Shown: positions 8,361-17,991 of the stretch, one piece after another
How positions within the stretch are numbered: position 1 is the stretch's first letter
Layout: each line of letters opens with the position of its first letter
NCBI GenBank assembly: GCA_017438635.1
Contig: JAFRUZ010000007.1
Coordinates: 18,069 to 82,068 of the forward strand
Reading direction: 5' to 3'
Length of the DNA stretch: 64,000 nt
Source of the DNA: Bacilli bacterium
GTDB lineage: Bacteria; Bacillota_I; Bacilli_A; RF39; UBA660
Position numbers and translations under genes: made by a program
The notes under the pieces: generated by a model
What the model saw: only the letters and a program-made list of their open reading frames with translations
What the model was told of the DNA's origin: nothing
The model's database searches: none

Positions 8361-9167
8361 ATGGATTTAAGTAACATAAAAATTATTTTCGTGGATATCG
8401 ATGGAACACTAGTAAACAGTAAATCAGAAATAACAAGGCGCACAAGAAAAAGCATAAAAAGAATAACAAAAAAAGGAATAAAAGTAGTATTAACTTCTGG
8501 AAGAGATATGTTTCATACAACTAAAAGATCTATCAAAGCGCATGCTTCAAGTATCATAATATCTGCAGGTGGAGCAGAAATATATGACTATAAAGAAAAC
8601 AAAATGATTTTTGAAGACTATTTTGAATTAGATAAAATTGAAGCAATATGGAATTATTGTATGGATAACAAAATAGGAATATTTTTAAAAAGTAATCGCT
8701 TTGTTTACCATAATAACTATGTGCTAATAAAAAAAGGAATCAGATATAAACGAATAAATGATATTTCTGAATGCAAAGATGCTAAAGTTTATCAGTTTCT
8801 TATCAATTCGAACAAAAAAGAAAAAATTGAGAAGATGAAGGAATTTATTGGAGAAATAGAATTAAATATAACAAGTTACTCTTCTAGTTATTTTACACAA
8901 AAAAAAGCTAATTATTATGGCATAGATATCAATCATTATAATATTTCTAAAGGAACAGGAATAACCAAATTACTAGAGTATCTAAATATAGATAAAAAAG
9001 ATAGTTTATGTATTGGAGATTTTTATAATGATTTAGAAATGTTCGAAGAATGTAATATAAGAGTAGCCATGGGAAATGCTGTAGAAGAAATAAAAGAAAA
9101 AGCTGACTTTATCACTAAATCAAATAATGAAGATGGAGTTGCTTACTTTTTAGATAATTATTTATAA
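8361..9167 (+). CDS. Cof-type HAD-IIB phosphatase
   Basis: FVDIDGTL, TSGR and GDFYNDLEMF...AMGNA are HAD motifs I-IV. The protein is 268 aa. Confidence 0.8.
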   Translation: MDLSNIKIIFVDIDGTLVNSKSEITRRTRKSIKRITKKGIKVVLTSGRDMFHTTKRSIKAHASSIIISAGGAEIYDYKENKMIFEDYFELDKIEAIWNYCMDNKIGIFLKSNRFVYHNNYVLIKKGIRYKRINDISECKDAKVYQFLINSNKKEKIEKMKEFIGEIELNITSYSSSYFTQKKANYYGIDINHYNISKGTGITKLLEYLNIDKKDSLCIGDFYNDLEMFEECNIRVAMGNAVEEIKEKADFITKSNNEDGVAYFLDNYL

Positions 9168-9179
9168 TTGGAGGTTCAT

Positions 9180-9482
9180 ATGGATTTAATAATACTTTTA
9201 ATACTTATTGTAATAGTTATAATGGTGTATAGAGATGTAAAATTTTTAGTCTACTTGCTAGGAACATTAGAATTGTTATTCAGACTAATTCATCACATTG
9301 GAGATAAGTTTAAAATTATAGATATCAATACATTTATTAATAGATATATACCATCATCACTATTCTCAATTTTTGAAAAGTATACAACTGGTTTAGTATA
9401 TGACATAATCAGTTGGTCATTAATAATTGCTTTCTGTGCTTTTCTATATTATTTAGTAAAATATTTAATTACAAAAAAATAG
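9180..9482 (+). CDS. small membrane protein, unknown function
   Basis: ATG at 9180 follows GGAGG. The protein is 100 aa with hydrophobic N- and C-terminal segments. Confidence 0.4.
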   Translation: MDLIILLILIVIVIMVYRDVKFLVYLLGTLELLFRLIHHIGDKFKIIDINTFINRYIPSSLFSIFEKYTTGLVYDIISWSLIIAFCAFLYYLVKYLITKK

Positions 9483-9485
9483 AAT

Positions 9486-9506
9486 AAGAGCCTAGCTCTT
9501 TTTTTA
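9486..9506 (+). terminator. rho-independent terminator
   Basis: The hairpin AAGAGC-CTA-GCTCTT is followed by TTTTTT. Confidence 0.55.
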
Positions 9507-9575
9507 TTTATTGGATTAGTTTTAACTTGTTTTAATATATAAAATAGTTTATAATATGTACGTGGAGGAGATAAT

Positions 9576-10835
9576 ATGAAAAAAGATAATGTTTTCGAAG
9601 AAACAGTAAAATTTGATAAAAAAAGATTTGAAGAAGCTATTGATAAAGCTTTTGAAAAGAAAAAAGCTAATATAAAACTAGATGGATTTAGAAAAGGAAA
9701 AGTTCCAAAAGATGTATATTACAAGAAAATGGGTAAAGAAAGTTTATATATGGATGCATTAGATGAACTACTTCCTGAAGCATACGACGAAGTAATGAAA
9801 AATTATAAACCAATAATCGATCCAAAAGTAGATATTAAATCAATTGGAGAAGATGGAGTAGAGTTTATATTTACAATTACTACTATGCCAACTGTAGAAA
9901 TATCTAAATATAAAGGTTTAAATGTAAAGAAAGAAAAAGTAAAAGTAACGGCAGAAGAAATAAATCATGAAATGGGGCATTTACTTGAAAGATTTACTGA
10001 GTTAGGTATTAAAGAAAAAGGTAAAGTAGAAGCAGGAAACATTGCAGTAATTGATTTCGAAGGCTTTAAAGATGGAGTAGCTTTTGAAGGTGGAAAAGGA
10101 GAAAACTATTCACTAGAAATAGGTTCAAATACATTTATTCCAGGTTTCGAAGATCAAGTAATCGGTATGGAAAAAGGTGAAGAAAAAGATATAGTTGTAA
10201 TTTTCCCAGAAAATTACCATGCTGAAGACCTAAAAGGAAAAGAAGTAACATTTAAAGTAAAAGTTCATGAAATAAAAGAAAAGCAAGCTCGTGAACTTGA
10301 CGAAGAATTCTTTGAAGATTTAGGACTTGAAGGTGTTAACGATGAAAAAACTTTAAAAGAAGAAATTAAAAAGAATATTGAAGCCTCTAAAGAAAGAGAA
10401 GCAGAAGATAAATTTGTAGATGAAATACTTACTAAAATTGCTGAGAATACAAAAGTAGATGTACCTGAAGAGTTAATAGAAGACGAAATACATCACATGA
10501 TGCATAATTTTGAAGATCAAATCAAAATGCAAGGACTTTCTTTAGAAGTGTTCTATGAAATGACTAAATCTACTGAAGAAGATTTAAAGAATCAAATGAA
10601 ACCTGAAGCTGAAAAACATGTACTTTATAGAATAATTCTTGAAAAAGTAAAAGAATTAGAAAAAATTAAAGTTACTGATAAAGCAGCAGAAAAAGAAGCA
10701 GAAGAATTAGCTAAAAAATACAGCGTAGAAAAAGAAGAATTCTTAAACATGTATGGTGGATTAGAAATGCTAAAATATGAACTTGAAGTTAAAAAGGTTC
10801 TAGAACTATTAATGAAAGAAAATGAAAAAAAATAA
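9576..10835 (+). CDS. tig: trigger factor
   Basis: The ribosome-binding signature GFRKGKVP, a central FKBP-like segment (IDFEGF.DG..FEGG) and an acidic C-terminal arm are all present. Confidence 0.9.
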   Translation: MKKDNVFEETVKFDKKRFEEAIDKAFEKKKANIKLDGFRKGKVPKDVYYKKMGKESLYMDALDELLPEAYDEVMKNYKPIIDPKVDIKSIGEDGVEFIFTITTMPTVEISKYKGLNVKKEKVKVTAEEINHEMGHLLERFTELGIKEKGKVEAGNIAVIDFEGFKDGVAFEGGKGENYSLEIGSNTFIPGFEDQVIGMEKGEEKDIVVIFPENYHAEDLKGKEVTFKVKVHEIKEKQARELDEEFFEDLGLEGVNDEKTLKEEIKKNIEASKEREAEDKFVDEILTKIAENTKVDVPEELIEDEIHHMMHNFEDQIKMQGLSLEVFYEMTKSTEEDLKNQMKPEAEKHVLYRIILEKVKELEKIKVTDKAAEKEAEELAKKYSVEKEEFLNMYGGLEMLKYELEVKKVLELLMKENEKK

Positions 10836-10854
10836 GCTAAATGCTTATTTTTTT
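10831..10854 (+). terminator. rho-independent terminator after tig
   Basis: The hairpin AATAAGC-TAAAT-GCTTATT is followed by TTTTT and overlaps the stop codon. Confidence 0.55.
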
Positions 10855-10871
10855 AAAAGAGGAGTTAGTGT

Positions 10872-12053
10872 ATGAATAGTATAATTTTAATAAAATATGG
10901 GGAACTTACTACTAAGGGTGACAATAGAAAAGAATTTATTAATTTACTTTATAATAATATTAAAGATAAATTAAAAAACTATGATGTAAACATTATAAAA
11001 GAACACTCTAGAATGTATATAGAACATCATAAAGAAAATCAAAAAGAAATAATAGACGTTTTAAAAACAACTTTTGGTATTCACGCTTATGCAGTAGTTT
11101 ATAAAGTAAAAACTGATAATGATGAAATATGTGAAGAGATTTTAAAACAGTTAAAAAAAGAAAACTTTAAAACATTTAAAGTAGAAACCAAAAGAAGAGA
11201 CAAAACTCTTCCTACTACAAGCATGGACTTCAATAAAATTGTTGCAAGTCACATTTTAAAAAATTGTAATGATATATATGTTGATGTTCATAACCCAGAA
11301 GTATATATAAAAATAGAATTAAACAAAGACTATACATACTTTTATTTTAATGAGTATAAGGGTTTAGGAGGTTATCCAGTAGCAGTAGCGGGTAAGGGAC
11401 TTTTAATGCTATCAGGTGGTATTGATTCACCTGTAGCAGGTTATTTAGCTACCAAACGTGGTGTTAAAATTGATGCTATTTACTTTGAAGCGATTCCTCA
11501 TACAAGTTTAGATGCTAGAGAAAAAGTAATTACTTTAGCTAAAAAACTATCAAAGTATTCTGGAGATATGAAACTACACATTGTTCCCATAACTAAATTA
11601 CAAGAAGAGATATATCAAAAAATTGATAGCACATATCTAATAACAATTTTAAGAAGAATGATGTACAGAATAAGTGAAGAAATAGCAAGAAAAAACAAAA
11701 ATCTAGTACTGATAAATGGCGAATCAATCGGTCAAGTTGCAAGTCAAACACTTACTAGTATGAATGCTATAAATGAAGTAGTAAAAATACCAGTAATTAG
11801 ACCAGTTGCCTGTTTTGACAAACTAGAAATAATAGATATTGCTAAACAAATAGATACATATGATACAAGTATTCTTCCATATGAAGATTGTTGTACAATA
11901 TTTGTTCCAAAACACCCAGTAATAAATCCTAAAATAGATAGATGTATTGAATATGAAAAACTAATTGATTATGAAGGTTTAATAAAAGAAATAGTGCAAA
12001 ACACTAATACAATAACTATAAAAAATGAAGATGAGTTTTCAGATCTTTTATAA
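10872..12053 (+). CDS. thiI: tRNA 4-thiouridine(8) synthase ThiI (no rhodanese domain)
   Basis: It has a THUMP-like N-terminal half and the PP-loop SGGIDSPVA. The protein is 393 aa. Confidence 0.88.
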   Translation: MNSIILIKYGELTTKGDNRKEFINLLYNNIKDKLKNYDVNIIKEHSRMYIEHHKENQKEIIDVLKTTFGIHAYAVVYKVKTDNDEICEEILKQLKKENFKTFKVETKRRDKTLPTTSMDFNKIVASHILKNCNDIYVDVHNPEVYIKIELNKDYTYFYFNEYKGLGGYPVAVAGKGLLMLSGGIDSPVAGYLATKRGVKIDAIYFEAIPHTSLDAREKVITLAKKLSKYSGDMKLHIVPITKLQEEIYQKIDSTYLITILRRMMYRISEEIARKNKNLVLINGESIGQVASQTLTSMNAINEVVKIPVIRPVACFDKLEIIDIAKQIDTYDTSILPYEDCCTIFVPKHPVINPKIDRCIEYEKLIDYEGLIKEIVQNTNTITIKNEDEFSDLL

Positions 12054-12109
12054 TTATTATGAATAAAGAACAAATAATTATACAGGTATAAATTACCATG
12101 TCAAATTGT

Positions 12110-12139
12110 GTATAAAAATGTAATCTTTTTCACATTCTA
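12110..12139 (+). promoter_or_regulatory. forespore sigma-G-type promoter candidate for the SASP gene
   Basis: GTATA (12110-12114), an 18-nt spacer, then CATTCTA (12133-12139). This fits the B. subtilis sigma-G consensus GHATR-N17/18-CATXHTA. Confidence 0.35.
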
Positions 12140-12163
12140 TAAATGTATAGGAGGTGAAAAACG

Positions 12164-12373
12164 ATGAATCAATCAAATAGTAAGAATAGTAAACTAGTTG
12201 TTCCTGGAGCAAAACAAGCTATCGAAAGTATGAAATATGAAATAGCTAGAGAATTTGGTGTAACTTTAGGACCAGATACTACTTCAAGACAAAACGGATC
12301 TGTTGGTGGAGAAATCACAAAACGTTTAGTAGAAAGAGGAATGTCTGGATTAAGTGGTTATTCTAACAAATAG
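12164..12373 (+). CDS. alpha/beta-type small acid-soluble spore protein
   Basis: [10 protein letters not shown]...GGEITKRLV is the SASP signature, including the germination-protease site region. The protein is 69 aa. Confidence 0.9.
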   Translation: MNQSNSKNSKLVVPGAKQAIESMKYEIAREFGVTLGPDTTSRQNGSVGGEITKRLVERGMSGLSGYSNK

Positions 12374-12383
12374 TTAATATAAA

Positions 12384-12412
12384 AAAGTACTCAAGATTTT
12401 TGAGTGCTTTTA
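12384..12412 (+). terminator. rho-independent terminator after the SASP gene
   Basis: The hairpin AAGTACTCAA-GATTT-TTGAGTGCTT is followed by T residues. Confidence 0.6.
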
Positions 12413-12450
12413 ATTTAGTTTAATGCTATAATAAATAAAGGTGATACTTT

Positions 12451-14835
12451 ATGAAAAATGACATACTTAATACATTGAAAAATAATGATTTAATAGTAAC
12501 AGAAAACTGTTATAAATTAGATTTATTAGAAAAATTAAACAATAGAGAAGAACTGATGAATCTAAAATTCATAACAAAAAAAGAGTTTTTATCTAAGTAC
12601 TATTTTTCGTATGATGAAAAAACAGTTTATTATCTGATAGAAAAATATAATATTAATGAAAGTATTGCCCGTATTTATTTAGATAATTTGTACTATATAA
12701 ATAATAAAAAATATAATAATCAAAAACTAGATAATTTAGTAAAAATAAAAGAGGATCTAATAAAAAATTATCTTCTCATTTTTGATACTCTATTTAAAGA
12801 CTATATAAAGAATAAAAGAATAGTTTTTTATAACTATAACAGTTTTACAAAATTTGAACTTAATACTATAGAAAAACTAAAAGAGTTAACAGAAGTGCTA
12901 ATTATAAATAAAAAATATGAAAAACATATTCCAAAAGTATATGAATTTGACAGTATCTTTAATGAAGTATCTTTTGTAGCAAATTCAATTTCAAAACTTA
13001 TAGAAGAAGGAATAAATCCAAATAAAATAAAAATTACTAATTTAGATGATGATTATAAAAGAGTAATAGATTTTATTTTTCCTTTATATAATATTAAAAC
13101 AAGTATAAACGAAGACTATCTAATATCCAATAAAATAGCTAATGAATTCTTAGAAAGAAATTGTTCTATAGAAGAAGAAATAAATATATTAAATGATAAA
13201 TATCCAAATAATGAAGTGTTAAATAAAATAGTTAAAACAGTTAATAAATACATTGTCTTTGATAATGAAACAGTTATCAATGAAATGATTACTAATGAGT
13301 TTAAAAGAGTAAAACTAGATAAAGAATCTTATATTAATTCTATTGAAGAAATAGACTATCAAAACTACCCGATAACTGATGAATATGTATTTATGCTAGG
13401 ATTTAATCAAAAGTCTATTCCTAAACAATATAAAGATGAAGAATACATAACTGATAATATAAAAGAAGGTTTATTACTTGATACTACAGTAGAGAAGAAT
13501 AAAATAGAAAAAGAAGTAACTATTTCCAATCTATTAAATATTAAAAACTTAACTATATCTTATAAACTAAATACGCCATTTGAAGTATATTTCCCTTCAA
13601 GTTTGATAAAAGATCTAGATTTAGAAGTAATAACAGATTACAAGCCAAACTCTATATATTCAAAAGATTACTACAGTTTAGAACTTGCTAAACTATATGA
13701 TAATTTTATTTTATATGGATCAGTACCTAATAGTCTAAAAGAATATAATTCAAGTATAGATATTCCGTATAATACGTATGACAATAAATATAAAAATATC
13801 AATAAAGATAAATTCTTATCATCAATAAAAGATGGGCTTAATTTTTCTTATTCAAAGATGAATGACTATTATAAATGTTCATTTAAATACTATTTATCAA
13901 ACATATTAAAACTAAATATTTATGAAGATAACTTTGCAGCCTACATAGGAAGTATGTTTCATTATGTCTTAGAAAAAGGTTTACTAAATGACATAGAAGT
14001 AACATCTTTAGTAGAAGAATTTATTACTAATAACAAAAGAGAATTAACAAAGAAAGAAAGATTTTTAATAGATAATATAACACCAGATATAGAATATACA
14101 CTTAATACCATAAAAGATAATTTAAATAAAACAAATTTAGATAAATTTTTATTTGAAAAAGAAATAGAAATAATAAAAAATAAAAAAATAAAAATAACAT
14201 TTAAAGGTATTATTGATAAAGTAATGTATAAAGAAGATAATAATAGAACTATTCTAGCAATAATAGATTATAAAACAGGTAACACAGATATAAATTTAAA
14301 ATATGTTCCATTTGGCTTATCTATGCAATTACCAGTATATTTATATTTAGCAAATAATATAAAAGAAATAAATAATCCAACAATTGGAGGATTCTACTTA
14401 CAGAAAGTATTACCGGCAAATCCAGTTATAAGTTTAGAAAAGACAGTAGAAAAACAAAAACAGGAGAACTTATTATTAAATGGATATTCCAATAGTGATA
14501 AAGACATCTTAAAAGAAGTAGATAATACATATGTAAATAGCAGCATGATAAAGTCTTTAAGCTTAAAAAAAGATGGAGAATTCTACGCTCATTCAAAAGT
14601 CCTTGATAACGATGCAATAAAAAAACTTATAGAAATAACAGAAGAAAAAATAGAAGAGGCAATAGATTCTATTTGTGATGCTAAATTTGATATTAACCCT
14701 AAAGTAGATAATGATAAAAATCTTGGCTGCATATACTGTGATTATAAAGATATTTGCTTTATGACCAATAAAGATGAAATGAGCATAACAACAGATAATG
14801 ATTTATCTTTCCTTGGAGGTGATTTAGATGCCTAA
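12451..14835 (+). CDS. addB: helicase-nuclease AddAB subunit B (short form, 794 aa)
   Basis: The C-terminal RecB-type nuclease motif is GIIDKV...IIDYKTG. The four Fe-S cluster cysteines are CSFKYYL ... CIYCDYKDIC. The gene overlaps addA by 8 nt. Confidence 0.8.
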   Translation: MKNDILNTLKNNDLIVTENCYKLDLLEKLNNREELMNLKFITKKEFLSKYYFSYDEKTVYYLIEKYNINESIARIYLDNLYYINNKKYNNQKLDNLVKIKEDLIKNYLLIFDTLFKDYIKNKRIVFYNYNSFTKFELNTIEKLKELTEVLIINKKYEKHIPKVYEFDSIFNEVSFVANSISKLIEEGINPNKIKITNLDDDYKRVIDFIFPLYNIKTSINEDYLISNKIANEFLERNCSIEEEINILNDKYPNNEVLNKIVKTVNKYIVFDNETVINEMITNEFKRVKLDKESYINSIEEIDYQNYPITDEYVFMLGFNQKSIPKQYKDEEYITDNIKEGLLLDTTVEKNKIEKEVTISNLLNIKNLTISYKLNTPFEVYFPSSLIKDLDLEVITDYKPNSIYSKDYYSLELAKLYDNFILYGSVPNSLKEYNSSIDIPYNTYDNKYKNINKDKFLSSIKDGLNFSYSKMNDYYKCSFKYYLSNILKLNIYEDNFAAYIGSMFHYVLEKGLLNDIEVTSLVEEFITNNKRELTKKERFLIDNITPDIEYTLNTIKDNLNKTNLDKFLFEKEIEIIKNKKIKITFKGIIDKVMYKEDNNRTILAIIDYKTGNTDINLKYVPFGLSMQLPVYLYLANNIKEINNPTIGGFYLQKVLPANPVISLEKTVEKQKQENLLLNGYSNSDKDILKEVDNTYVNSSMIKSLSLKKDGEFYAHSKVLDNDAIKKLIEITEEKIEEAIDSICDAKFDINPKVDNDKNLGCIYCDYKDICFMTNKDEMSITTDNDLSFLGGDLDA

Positions 14836-17800
14836 ATGGACTGATGAACAACAATTAGCAATTGATAAAGATAATACAAATATCATAGTATCTGCAGGAG
14901 CAGGATCTGGTAAAACGGCAGTATTAACCGCTAGAGTTCTTAGAAAACTAAAAGATGGAATAGATATTAATAAATTACTTGTCTTAACATTTACAAATGA
15001 AGCAGCAGGAGAGATGAAAAACAGGATAAGAAAAGCTATAAAAGAAGAACCTTCTTTAAAAGAACAACTTGATTTAATAGATAGTAGTTACATAACAACC
15101 TTTGATAGTTTTGCACTTTCGATTCTAAAAAAATACCACTACTTACTTAATATGCCTAAAGATATATCAATAGTAGAAAGCGCTATTGTAGAAACCAAAA
15201 AAATAGAAGTATTAAATAGTATATTTGATAAACTATATGAAAAAGAAGAAATATCGTTTTTAAAACTAATAAAAGATTTTTGTATTAGAGATGATACTGA
15301 AATAAAAAATGCTATACTTACAATAAACACAAAACTCGATTTAAAAGAGGATAAAGAAGATTATTTAAATAACTATATAGATAATTACTATAATCATACA
15401 TACATAGATGTTTTAATAGACAATTATATATCTAAAATAACATCTATAAAAAATGAAATAGAAACAATATATCACGAGTATTTAACAAAAGAATCAGACA
15501 AAGTAGTAAAAGAGTACGAAGAGCAATTATTACCTCTAATAAACAGCAATACTTATGAAGATATAAAAAATAATTTAGATATAACTCCTCCGAGAAAAGT
15601 AGAAGATAAAACATCAAAAGAAAAAGTAAAAGAATTAATAGACAATTTGAAGGAACTTACGATTTATCAAAGTACAGATGAAATAAAAGAAATATATTTA
15701 AGCACCAAACCATATTTGGAAGCAATTATAAATATAATTAAAGAATTAGATTATGAAATAAAAATATTCAAAGATAGAAATAATAGTTATGAGTTTACAG
15801 ATGTTGCTAAAATGGCTATTAAAATATTAAAAGAAAATAAAGAAGTACGAGATGAAATAAAATATTTTTACAATGAAATAATGATAGATGAATATCAAGA
15901 TACTAATGATCTACAAGAAATATTTATAAGTGAAATACAAAACAATAATGTTTATATGGTTGGTGACATAAAGCAATCAATTTATAGGTTTAGAAATGCT
16001 AATCCAAGTATATTTAAAAATAAATATGATATGTACAGTAATAATGAAAATGGTTTTAAAATAGATTTAACTAAAAACTTTAGATCTAGAGAAGAAGTAT
16101 TATTAGATATAAATAAAATATTTGATAAAATTATGAATAATTTCCTTGGAGGAGCAGAGTATAAACAAAGTCATAGAATGGTATTTGGTAATAAAACATA
16201 TGAAATAGAAAATGATTCAAATATTTCTAATTTTCTAGAACTATACAGTTATGATCCTAAATCTACAAAATATACAAATGAAGAGGTAGAAGCATTTATA
16301 ATAGCAAAAGATATTAAAGAAAAAATAAATAGTAATTATACAGTATTAGATAAAGAAACAGAAAAACTAAGAAAAGCAAGATATGATGATTTCTGTATAA
16401 TTATGGACAGAGGAACTTCATTTGATTTATATAAAAAAGTATTTGAATATGAAAATATACCATTATCCATTTATAAAGATGAAACACTTACAGCATCTTA
16501 TGATGTCTTAATAATAAAAAATATAATTAAATTTATTATAAAAATAAAAGATAAAGAATATGATACAGAGTTCAGATATTTATTTACATCACTTGCAAGA
16601 AGTTATTTATTTGAATATACAGATGAATATATATTTGATATATTTAAAAACAATGAGTTTTATAACACTGATATATATAAAATATCAAAAAATATTTCAA
16701 AAGAGATAGATAATTTAACTACTAATGAATTTATAAATAGAATAATAGAAGACTTTAATATATATCAAAACATAATAAAAACAAATGGTATCGAAGGAAT
16801 AATAATAAGAACTATTTATTTACAAAAAATGATAAATTCTCTAGAAACATTAAAATATACACCTTATGATGTAAATAACTTCTTAGAAGGACTAACTACC
16901 GCAAATCTAGACATAAAGTATAAACAAAATAACAAACAAGATGGTAGTGTAAAAATAATGAATATTCATAAATCGAAAGGTTTAGAGTTTCCGATATGTT
17001 ATTACAGTGGTCTTTATAAGAGGTTTAAGATAAGTGATTTTAATGATAAATTTCTATATAATCAAACATATGGTATTATTACACCATATTATAAAGATGC
17101 TATGGGAATACTACCACAAAAGCATCTATCTAAAGACATATATATTAGAGAAGAAATATCTGAAAAAATAAGACTTCTCTATGTAGCAGTAACACGTGCC
17201 AAAGAAAAAATGATTTTTGTTGGCCCTTTAAATAGTGATATCTACAACAAAGAAGAATTAGTAAATGATAATACAAGATTAAAATATAGATCGTTCTTAG
17301 ATATAGTTAATACTATAAAAGACGATTTTGATACAATTAAATACATAGAAGATTTATCATTTGTAACAAAAGACTATCAAAAGTTTAAGGATATAAAAAT
17401 AAGCATAGAAAAGACAAATCCATTACCTGTAAAAGATATCAAAATAGACTACGTAGAAAAAAATACAAATAAGTTTTCTAAAACAAGTAATAAACTATTA
17501 TCAAAAGAAGAACTATTTATATTAAACAAAGGTAATAAAGTACACTATGCTTTTGAAATAACAGATTTTAAAAATCCAAACTTTAATATAAAATATGGAG
17601 ACTATATTAAAAGATTTCTAAGTAATAAACTATTAAAAAATATACCTCAAGCTGATATATATAAAGAATATGAATTTACATATGTAGCACAAGGCTCTAC
17701 ATATCATGGAATTATAGACTTGATGCTAGTATATGAAGATCATATTGATATAATAGATTACAAATTATCTAATATAGAGGATTCAAATTATATAAAGCAA

Positions 17801-17899
17801 TTGAAAGGGTATAGAGAACACATTGAAAATAAGACAGGTTTAAAAACTAATACTTATTTATATTCAATAGAAAAAGATGAATTTAAGGAAGTTCCTTAG
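14828..17899 (+). CDS. addA: helicase-nuclease AddAB subunit A (UvrD/Rep-type helicase plus RecB nuclease)
   Basis: Motifs present are the Walker A AGAGSGKT, DEYQDTN, VGDIKQSIYRFR, VTRAK and the C-terminal nuclease GIIDLM...IIDYKL. Confidence 0.88.
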   Translation: MPKWTDEQQLAIDKDNTNIIVSAGAGSGKTAVLTARVLRKLKDGIDINKLLVLTFTNEAAGEMKNRIRKAIKEEPSLKEQLDLIDSSYITTFDSFALSILKKYHYLLNMPKDISIVESAIVETKKIEVLNSIFDKLYEKEEISFLKLIKDFCIRDDTEIKNAILTINTKLDLKEDKEDYLNNYIDNYYNHTYIDVLIDNYISKITSIKNEIETIYHEYLTKESDKVVKEYEEQLLPLINSNTYEDIKNNLDITPPRKVEDKTSKEKVKELIDNLKELTIYQSTDEIKEIYLSTKPYLEAIINIIKELDYEIKIFKDRNNSYEFTDVAKMAIKILKENKEVRDEIKYFYNEIMIDEYQDTNDLQEIFISEIQNNNVYMVGDIKQSIYRFRNANPSIFKNKYDMYSNNENGFKIDLTKNFRSREEVLLDINKIFDKIMNNFLGGAEYKQSHRMVFGNKTYEIENDSNISNFLELYSYDPKSTKYTNEEVEAFIIAKDIKEKINSNYTVLDKETEKLRKARYDDFCIIMDRGTSFDLYKKVFEYENIPLSIYKDETLTASYDVLIIKNIIKFIIKIKDKEYDTEFRYLFTSLARSYLFEYTDEYIFDIFKNNEFYNTDIYKISKNISKEIDNLTTNEFINRIIEDFNIYQNIIKTNGIEGIIIRTIYLQKMINSLETLKYTPYDVNNFLEGLTTANLDIKYKQNNKQDGSVKIMNIHKSKGLEFPICYYSGLYKRFKISDFNDKFLYNQTYGIITPYYKDAMGILPQKHLSKDIYIREEISEKIRLLYVAVTRAKEKMIFVGPLNSDIYNKEELVNDNTRLKYRSFLDIVNTIKDDFDTIKYIEDLSFVTKDYQKFKDIKISIEKTNPLPVKDIKIDYVEKNTNKFSKTSNKLLSKEELFILNKGNKVHYAFEITDFKNPNFNIKYGDYIKRFLSNKLLKNIPQADIYKEYEFTYVAQGSTYHGIIDLMLVYEDHIDIIDYKLSNIEDSNYIKQLKGYREHIENKTGLKTNTYLYSIEKDEFKEVP

Positions 17900-17991
17900 T
17901 TCATTTTTTTGTGTAAAATCATGTGTTTTTTATTTAAAAAAGTTGTTAAAAAAAACAATATAAGCTATAATTAATATGATAGGGTGATAAA

